Shown one piece after another: positions 55,082-64,000 of a stretch of DNA of 64,000 nt. Each line of letters opens with the position of its first letter. The first letter of the stretch is position 1. The stretch is from positions 25,482,001 to 25,546,000 of the forward strand of contig NC_135250.1 in the NCBI RefSeq assembly GCF_964204865.1, given 5' to 3'. The stretch comes from Styela clava. Its lineage: Eukaryota. The notes under the pieces are model-generated. The model was not told the DNA's origin. It worked only from the letters and a program-made list of their open reading frames with translations, and made no database searches. A program made the translations under genes and the position numbers.

Positions 55082-58000
55082 TCAGGCGTTGTAAGATTCG
55101 TAAGCTGTTTCCACTTGTGTTTGCTTAGTTGTCGCAGGCAGAGCTTGTTCGTAACTGGCAGTTTCTTGCAGGACATTTGATGAAGATGGTTGTTCGTAAG
55201 CTGACTCCACTTGTGTTTTCTTAGTTGTCGCAGGCAGAGCTTGTTCGTAACCGGCAGTTTCTTGCAGGACATTTGATGATGATAGTTGTTCGTAAGCTGA
55301 CTCCACTTGTGTTTGCTTAGTTTTTGCAGGAAGTGGTTGTTCGTATCCGGCAGTTTCTTGCAAGACATTTGAAGATGATGGTTGTGGAGCTGAATTGTTG
55401 GAAGGAGTTGCTAATTAATTGAAAAAATAAAACTATCAACCACAAACAATTAAAATTCGATTTAAAATACTTATCTTGATAGAAATCAGATCTAGTATGT
55501 AAACCTGTGATAGACAGTGTGTTAAAATAATAATTATTTAAATAAAATATCTCAGTTTTTTTCCATCACTTCATAGAAGGTATGTTCACAGACCAATCTC
55601 TTTCAAATTTTTAGTAATCTAATGGGCGTGACTCCTAGTAGGGCGTTAATTTTATTTATTTTTTATTTGAGGTGGCATTCCAATTTTGTATAAATGCGAA
55701 TTATACAAATTGTATTGTCCCACTATTAGAACCTGTATTGATTGATAAACGTTTTCTATCCCATTAACATTGATGGCATGTGTTTATCATTGAAGTGGAG
55801 TTACAACTTTTATCGTGACCGTGTTCTGTTGCGTTTATACACTTTAAATGACACTTTGAATTTGATTTGTATGGGAATAATATTTTATACATCAGTTCTG
55901 ATTAATTCTCACTACCTTTTTCTTTTATAGTTTCGTAATTGTGTTCTTTTACTTCTGCCTTTTCCTCCAAATTCTTTATTTCTTTCTTCATTTTGTATAT
56001 GATCCAGACAGAGACGACCAAGAAGACGAAAGGAATGAGAAAACCAATCACAAAACTGATGATGTTGAACTCGAACGCTCCTTTCTCTAAAACAAATACG
56101 TTACTCTGATTTCCCGTTGATATTTAAAGGTTTTGGGATTATAGTTTTATTAAAATGAGCAACATCATCTCTAGAATTACAATGATAGTATCTAACGTTC
56201 ACGATAAAAGAACACTTTATTCTTCTTTTAATTCTCATAACTGTTTGCTTGTTATGTTGTGTTGTTTGAAGTTCGCTAATTTTTTTCATAATCTGGCTTT
56301 GAATTAACCAAATCTGAATATTTGTTATTCTTACCGGTATCGTTCTTAGCAGTAGTTTCTTGTTCACCTTGTTTCAACGTTATAGAGGGGCTTTGACTGA
56401 AATGTATTTGGTCACCAGAGGGCGTAGAATAAACTATCGAGACACTGAAGTAAAATAAGTTATATTATGCATTGCGGAAATAATTTTCTCAAATGAATTA
56501 CGTATATATTATATTTGATTTGATAGCACCATTAAACAAGAGAGCTATGCTCAAATATATGGACACGTAGCGCCACCCAATGGCAATAATTTTGATGACG
56601 TCATAGCGAAAAAAAAAGTAATAGCCTTCTGGAGAAAAATTTTATCTTCAACCACTGAAACTTTCAAAGCAATTGGTCCAGTATTCGAAGAGAAAAGCGA
56701 CTTTTTAAAAACGTGTCAAAGAACAACAACAAGGACAACAAGAACAAGAACAACAACAACATAATATTGAAACGATCGTTATGTCCACTACGTGTCCAAT
56801 AAGTAAATCAATCTAATTTGACGTTAACATATATCTTTACTGTCTGCCGGTTTTGAAATAGCATTATATTAATACCAAAACTTCCAATTAAAAAATTAAA
56901 AGTCTATGATGATCTATATGACCCTAAGATATATATAGAATACCTGAACATCTTTTTATCTAATTTTTTGTTCCTTCCTGTGAATAGAATTCCTTTTCCA
57001 GAACTTTGTTCATTTTGTATCCCTGCTTTTCCGATATTTATTACGTCACATGTTGTCATTGATTCATCACCGAGTGTTATATTCATTCGCTTACCGTTCA
57101 TGCTAAAATATTTTATTCAATGTAGAATAGAATATGATATGTTATGCAGGAAATACCGCTGCTGCTCGAGACAATAGAAAAATCGCGTTGCAACGACGCA
57201 TACAGGTATATACACATTGAAACTCTTCAAAATACATCTATGGTGATACGAACATATGCAGTATCAAAGTTTCTTCTTGCATGTGCGTTGTATGCCCATA
57301 CTATAGCCGAAAAGTATTGGAGTAAAGTATTCGTAGTACAAAGCGTTTCGTTATAGTTTTTCGAAAAAATCAACGTCAAAAATCTTATAAATTTATACCG
57401 AAATATCGCAGTTGTTCTGATATATTACGTAATACCTACATTGCCCTGGTACCGATTGCGAATAAATCTTTTATCCGATTAGTTAATTTTAATATCGCCA
57501 ATAAACTTTCAATCATTTTCTTATGTTTCATATTTCAGGCAAATTCTACAAATCATGTTTAACTAAAACGCCGATTTAAATATTCACGTAATATAATTTT
57601 CTAGAAATAAAAACTATTTACAACCTTGAAACAAGTATTGCTTTGGCAATATACTTATCACCGCTCACTGTGTTGTTAATATTTATCATGTCAGTCAAGG
57701 AGAGGGCCACGTCGTGTTCCTTCAAATTTGTGCGCACAAGTACGAATATGCAACTGTAAATTAATAGATTATACAATAACACAAATTGTACCGGCATCTT
57801 ATTTTGTTGAAGAATAAAGTTCATATTGTAAAATGATACTAATCAAAATTAATCAGAACTTTCGTGTCTAATAAGCCGAGTGATTATATTGGTACAGGAG
57901 AGGAATAATATACCCAATATGATATATGAACAGGCACAGTTGATTTTTTTTTTCAGGCTAATAGGAAGATGAATTTACTACCTTTATTGTCGATATATTA

Positions 58001-61000
58001 TTTTTACTCTGTTGCATTTAGCTTACCTGACAAGGCCATTAGTCTCATCTGGTGCTTGTATTCCGAGTTTTTTGAATTCACATACGCTGCTAACTAGGTT
58101 ATCTTCAAAACTATCAGGCGGAAAAACCTTTGTGGGAGCTAAAATACAAGACAGTGTTTAGTCAAAGGCATTATGATATCCTTGATTTTTGCATTATGAT
58201 TCACACTTTTGCTGCAAACTGCGTTCTGCAAATGTGTCTAATAATCGTTTCAATTTGAAAATTGATACATATTTAGAACGCAATGACTTACGCAACTTCG
58301 CATATCTTGGGTTAATCAGAGTTGTTGAGTAGATTAGTGATTAAAAAATTGAATTCACAAACATTGAATTCTGAATATACCTCTAGGTTTTCCGAGACAA
58401 CTGCCAGTAACAGATAAAACTTGACCAAATCCAGCACAACTGAATATTTTGATTGAAGCGGAATAGTTACGATTTGATTCTGGTTGAAACGAATACACAG
58501 ATGATGACGTCACGTTTATAAGTTTCATGTCTGTCTTCAAGTTTGAATCTCGTGAGGAAGCCAGGGTTGAAGTTAGATTCAGTTCCTATTAATCATGAGA
58601 TAAGTAATTACATCCGAAAGTCACTAAAAATGCTCTGAAAATTGATACCAAATAAGGATGTTGAAGATAACGTAAAACCTTCCAGCTGAGTGGAATAGGA
58701 ATTGGATATAAATTACTATTAAACAAAAAACCAATGTGCAATTTATATGAGCGGACCAAAACAGATCTACGATCGTAAGTATAAACAGTCAAACTTCACG
58801 ACTTAATGTGGACTTCATGATACACGTTGGGATTCTCAATTCAATTGACATATATTCAACCAAAGCTGTGTGTTTCGAATAATTTGAGTCAAAATAAAAA
58901 TATTGCTTACCACAGTATATGAATCACCAGTCTCTGTCTTGTTAGATAATATCCAAGAGATGACGCAAGTTTGTGTATTCTTGTATTGTATAATAGACGA
59001 CGATTCTGCAGATAACATTGCTCCCCCTGTTGTTGCGTTTCGGAAAGTAGAATATTTGGTTGGACAGTTATCTTTTGTTACACATGCAGTAATCTGACAA
59101 AAGATATTTATATAGGCATTTTAATAACGAAAGTATAAATGGGGCAGAAAACTAATTTAGCCTTACAGGTAAAGGCGATCTTGAAAAGAGAGACCTTCGT
59201 CCACAAATATTCGCATAAAATAAGTGCGGAACAATCGATGTGAACAATATAATAAATCGTTATTGTTTACTTTGATTGTATAGGTTGTGGTTGGCGACAA
59301 ACTGGTTATTGTGGTTGACTGTTTCTCAGATGTTGTTGAATCCACCCATCTTGTTGATCCGCCTGAGGTCGGACTTACTTCTATCCTGTAAAACAGATGT
59401 GAGTTTACGCTGGCATTAATGCAAGTAACAACGGGTAGCAATATGCGTAATGGTATTGGGTCGTGACCATCATGACAGATTTACGTTTTGACTTTTAGTA
59501 ATACCTTTAGTAAATTTAACAATGTAAATCGAGCAGCTTCAGCCGTTTTTTAACAATGTGGTCAAAACGAGTATTCCCTCGGATTTTTCTAGAGGCCTGT
59601 TCCATGTAAAAGATGACATATAAACTAAATCTTGTGGGTATATCAAATTATCCATAAAGATGAACTCACTTGTGTAGGAATCCAACAGCATTTATATGTG
59701 ATTGCCATGAGATGATCAAGTTAGAATTGCATTCGGTATTTGATATTTGGTAGATTGTGGGATTTCCAGTCACTGTAAAGTAAATACCAAAAACATAGCA
59801 GGCAGAGATTACAAAAAGCAGATATTTGTATTTATATTCACCTTCATAAGATTCTGTTTTACCATGTTTCCAACTGTTGCCGTTTCGAAAATAACAAGTA
59901 TAAGACCCTTCATCTGCAATATTTGCGTTTTGAAGATTGAAGGTTGCTGATCCAGTTTGTATCGTTTGATAAACTCCCCGTGTAGTTGCGGTTGATACTT
60001 TGTTAGATGCTTTGCGCCATTCAACTTGTGTTGCAGTGCTACAGTCTGTTGCAGAACACCTTTTCTGGTTTCCGTTAATAGTTTGTATTCTAACAAAAGG
60101 GCCCTGAAACACTGAAGCAGAATTTGTGAAATTTGAAGCCTTAAATAACACAAATTTTTTTAGAATAAGAAAAACTAGGTTGATTACTTTGGTTCATGCA
60201 AGCAGAAACACTGAACATTGAAAGTACCTTTATTATATTTTTAGCAAATAAAAAAAACATTTTTGATATAATACTGTTAGTGCAACTTTATTTGTAACAC
60301 AATTTGAATTAAGTGATTGAAGCCCAATAATTCTATTAAAAGCATTCAGTGGCACCGAAAAACAATACTTGTATCGAATCCTTGTATATGTGATCTGTAT
60401 TGATCAGTTCCAATTGAATATTCCTAATTTGACAATCTATTTCAATTCGTATTTAATTTACGATCAATAATTAAGTACTAGCTTATTGGACAGGAAATTG
60501 ATATATTTGAGTTTTGCTGGGACAGTGCGGTAGTTACTGTAGTGTTCTGGGTACTATAGCTTTTCCACAGTTCAAGCTTCCTCCATAATATCGTATGATT
60601 TTTGTGGAATTGTTGTTAAAATATTATGTTTGAACTTCGTGTGCATATGTTTGAGTTTTGCTCTATTGTTTCTTTAGATAGGAGCTATGCAACTTGTTAC
60701 GTTTTTTTTACCTCCAGTTGTGCACGAAAAATCAATTAATCATACCTTTCTGGCAAATGTAGTAGAAGTTTGCATCACAAGATATATCAACCCACCGATA
60801 CGTTTCTCTTCCAACTACCAAACAGTCTTCAACAGCAGTATTTTGTGTAGTCTCACCATTTGGTTGATTAGATTTCCTGATAAATTTAGAAGCCGAATAA
60901 ATTATTCTAAAAATTATGCAGGCTCTAAGCATTTAATGTAAGAAATAGTTAGTGACAAGTTGTTACGCTGATATAGCTCCTAAATATTTTTCGAACAGGG

Positions 61001-62985
61001 GAAGTATTGATATACTACATATGAAATTAGACTAAGTTTTTGCTTGGCATAGTTTATTCAATTGCCCCTAACATATAGCTAGTGAGGTTTGTCAGGATTT
61101 CACCTCCGACAAAATGAATTTGACTACGACGGATAATAAATAGCATTATTGAAGTTTTGCCGTGGTATTTCTCTTTACTATAATATTGATAATAATGAAT
61201 ACTGCGTGGTATACAAGTTCTGAAAACTATTTCACGCAGAAAATATATTGTTTATTAAATTCTTTTGTAACTTTTTTAAATAAAGTTGAGAAACACACCA
61301 GTTTTGATATCCTGTTTCTTCTTTCATGATCACATCAGTACCATCCTGCCACCTCCAATCTCCTTCGTTAGCTATGTCGTTTCCACCGATATAGAAAGTG
61401 TTATCACCACCTCGTATGCTGAGAATTTAAAAACCTTATCAGTTTTTTTAAAGAAAATAACGGAACCATAGATTAAAAATTGAGAAAACGACTGAGAGAA
61501 GAGCTGAAACATACCATGGACGCGCCAAGATACCTAAATAGCCTTTGTGTGAGGAAGCAAAATAGTATTAAAAAATGCTGAATCCACAGTAGGGCTGGGC
61601 ATTTCGAATCGAATATTCGAATCGAATCGAATAGTAAATTATTCGAATCGGTTCAGAGCTAAATTTCGAATCGCCGCCATCTTGTTTTTATCTTTCCGCT
61701 AATGGTCGAGGTGAATTCCCCAATTTTTTTCTCATTAGAGTCATATTTTTTTAACGAAATTCTAACATATGACTATTTTCTGTAGTGAGGTATTGATAAA
61801 ACGTGTTTGTTATTCTGTGTGAACGCTCAGTAATCTATCTGCGTGATTTATTCTATGTCTTCAGTAATTCATTTGTTGAGAGGACCAATTACTATATATA
61901 TTAAAGTCGCTTACAATTATATATTTTCAAGTATTCGAGATTCGATTCGAAAAAAATTATTCGATTCGATTCTGAAATCACAAGGTATTTGAAAATGCCC
62001 AGCCCTAATCCACAGTTATTTCTGGTGTTTAGGTGAGATTTGCAAATTTGAATGTATATGTTTAATTAGTAATTAGTGAAAAACTCATTGCGTATGACAG
62101 TTTTCGTTCAAGTTTATTCAAATATACGAACTTGTAAGCTATGAAAATTTCATTGATTCTTGCTTTCATTCTTTTTACGAATAACTACTAGCTTCAATAC
62201 AGCATATCCAAAGTAAATAAATTGCTGTGTAGAAATTAACAAAATAGTGAGGCTGATTTTACGATTATATTGTGAAAATAATGAAGTACATATTTGGAAT
62301 TATCCCGATCCTTCAACATAATTCCTATAAGTAAAATAAATCTTTAGCTCTCGTACATCACTGTACAAACAATATCCTATTTCAACTCACGCATATAATA
62401 AGTGTTTAATCTACATTGAGATGGTACAAATAACAGTGAGATAATTAATTTCATCTATTTAGTGCTAAAGTTTCATTCAACACATAGAACAATTCACATA
62501 TTAAATAACACCAAGATATCAAAAATTAGTTTCTTTTTAACTCACTCGAATGCTGAATTAATGACTGTCGTCATTCTCTCATTATCAACTTTAGCTAAGT
62601 AGCCTCCCAATCCCTCACAGGAATATTTGGCGCTGTTGTAAGTTTTATGTCGTTTGAAGAAAAGCAGTTCAAACCCATCAACACATTCTTTCTTCCAGGG
62701 ATCTGAAACACAACGGTATCTGGAATTGTAATCAGATTCAGATTTGAACAATTGAATAAATAACAATTCTCATTTATTAACATGAAATTTGAAGAATATG
62801 AGCTGAGGTTTTCTCATATATTATAGGAACATTTACATTTGTCCGAGAGAAAGAAACCTATTCATAAACAAAATATTGGACAGGAAAAAAGCAAATGGGT
62901 TTATTCATACAATATTCAACTAACCTTGGGCTGAAGCACTTGTGATGATAATCGAGACAATTATCACCAAAACAGTAGGATTCAT
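55082..62985 (-). CDS. Receptor copy F (long form, apparently intact, 15 exons, 773 aa)
   Basis: Exons 62985-62925, 62702-62546, 61418-61299, 60876-60746, 60111-59842, 59772-59670, 59385-59271, 59093-58911, 58585-58381, 58138-58027, 57753-57625, 57102-56944, 56444-56368, 56086-55916, 55410-55082. Exon lengths are identical to copy A and the frame is open; an in-frame upstream ATG lies at 62991. Confidence 0.85.
56537..56799 (+). mobile_element. 263-bp insertion, Helentron-associated (HINE/DINE-1-like) non-autonomous element
   Basis: Absent at the homologous site in copies A and C; no TSD; A/T-rich junctions; subterminal 11-bp inverted repeat TGGACACGTAG / CTACGTGTCCA; internal (ACA)n microsatellite. 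Confidence 0.6.
61590..62007. mobile_element. hAT-like MITE (418 bp) in intron 2 of copy F
   Basis: Perfect TIRs TAGGGCTGGGCATTT / AAATGCCCAGCCCTA; perfect 8-bp TSD ATCCACAG (61582-61589, 62008-62015); TTCGAAT subterminal repeats. Confidence 0.9.
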
Positions 62986-64000
62986 CTTCATTATTCGAAA
63001 GACACAGTTTTTGACATTTGTGGTCAACTTAAATATTACACCCTAATTCCAATTTTTCAACTCTTTCTGATCAAAATATTAGTTATTTAATGTTAGTATA
63101 AAAAATAAACATATAGCTATGAAAATGGATAATATATCTTCTTAGTTATTGGCAAATCAAATCAAGTACATGGACGTGATAAACATCACAGTTCCAATTC
63201 TTAAAGCAATATTTTGAATAACGGCGAAAGACGTGGAAAGAATAAATTTTTTATGAAGCAGTAGATAGGTCTTTTCACCAGTATGCCCAACTACATCAAT
63301 GCGCCCAATCCTATATTCGGTTTTCATGTTGATCATAGATAGTTGTTGGCTAAAGACTGCACTGTCCTTAATATACTTCTTCCCCAATATCTATGAGTCT
63401 GCAGGGCATGTACATGGTGTGAAGCGAAAGCATTGAAACATCTTTTCACGAGAATACTTTGATACAGTGATAACTACCCAACTTATACGTAAGTTCTTTC
63501 ATTCGCATTTCAAAATAATTCCACTACTACAAACTGTTACTATTATTAAATTACCAACTTTTCTCGAAACCTGCTCTACATACAATCATAAAAAATACAC
63601 GTAAATTATTACGTCTTTCTTATGAGTGGTTCAACTATACTCTGAGTCAGTCTATCACTTTCGCATATAATTGACTTCTGGAAACCGTTCCTCGGTCATA
63701 ATGGATTGTGTGTGTATTCATTAGTTATAGCTTATGGGATAGCACAATGCCATACGAAAGCATTGCCTCTATATCAAAGCCAATACAGCACTGGGAATGT
63801 GCTCGTCATCGTTATCATACGCGGATGTTATGAAACCAAGTAACATAACCAAGTAGAAACTGTTTTCTTCCGTCTTTCATCAGCTTGCACACATCCTACA
63901 TCGCATCACACTTATCTTCGACATGTTCAACAATTCATGATAACGTTAATTTCAAAACGTAAATGTCTGATAACGTACTATCCACAATTAAGTTTATCTT

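Noticed and set aside
59670-60151. ORF reading through the 69-nt intron 5 of copy F (hydrophobic insert)
   Set aside because: The same intron is 70 nt or contains stops in other copies; read-through is most likely chance.

Overview
AT-rich eukaryotic genomic DNA with short GT-AG introns. An invertebrate such as an ascidian is plausible from the gene content, but that is inference only. The window is almost entirely a tandem array of one multi-exon gene family, which I reconstructed by hand from splice sites and exon phases. It encodes single-pass type I membrane receptors: signal peptide - C-type lectin domain (CTLD) - Ig-like domain - two FN3-like domains - an optional juxtamembrane module resembling that of R3 receptor tyrosine phosphatases - TM - a non-catalytic cytoplasmic tail built from a 96-bp/32-aa tyrosine-rich repeat. 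Six copies are visible. A (1480-8591, -) and F (55082-62985, -) are intact long forms of 773 aa. D (38574-44399, -) is an intact short form of 603 aa. B (18067-24172, -) is a short-form pseudogene. C (30057-34937, -) is a headless long form with all remaining exons open. E (48102-50042, +) is an inverted, divergent 3' fragment. Long and short forms alternate. Paralogs differ in the lectin sugar-binding loop (EPN vs QPN), the Ig FG loop, tail repeat number (1/2/3) and an ITIM-creating Pro/Leu switch, and several copies are mosaics. A collectin-like (collagen + coiled coil + CTLD) pseudogene and several non-autonomous DNA transposons lie in and between the genes. The overall picture is a candidate diversified innate-immune or recognition receptor cluster; function is inferred, not shown.
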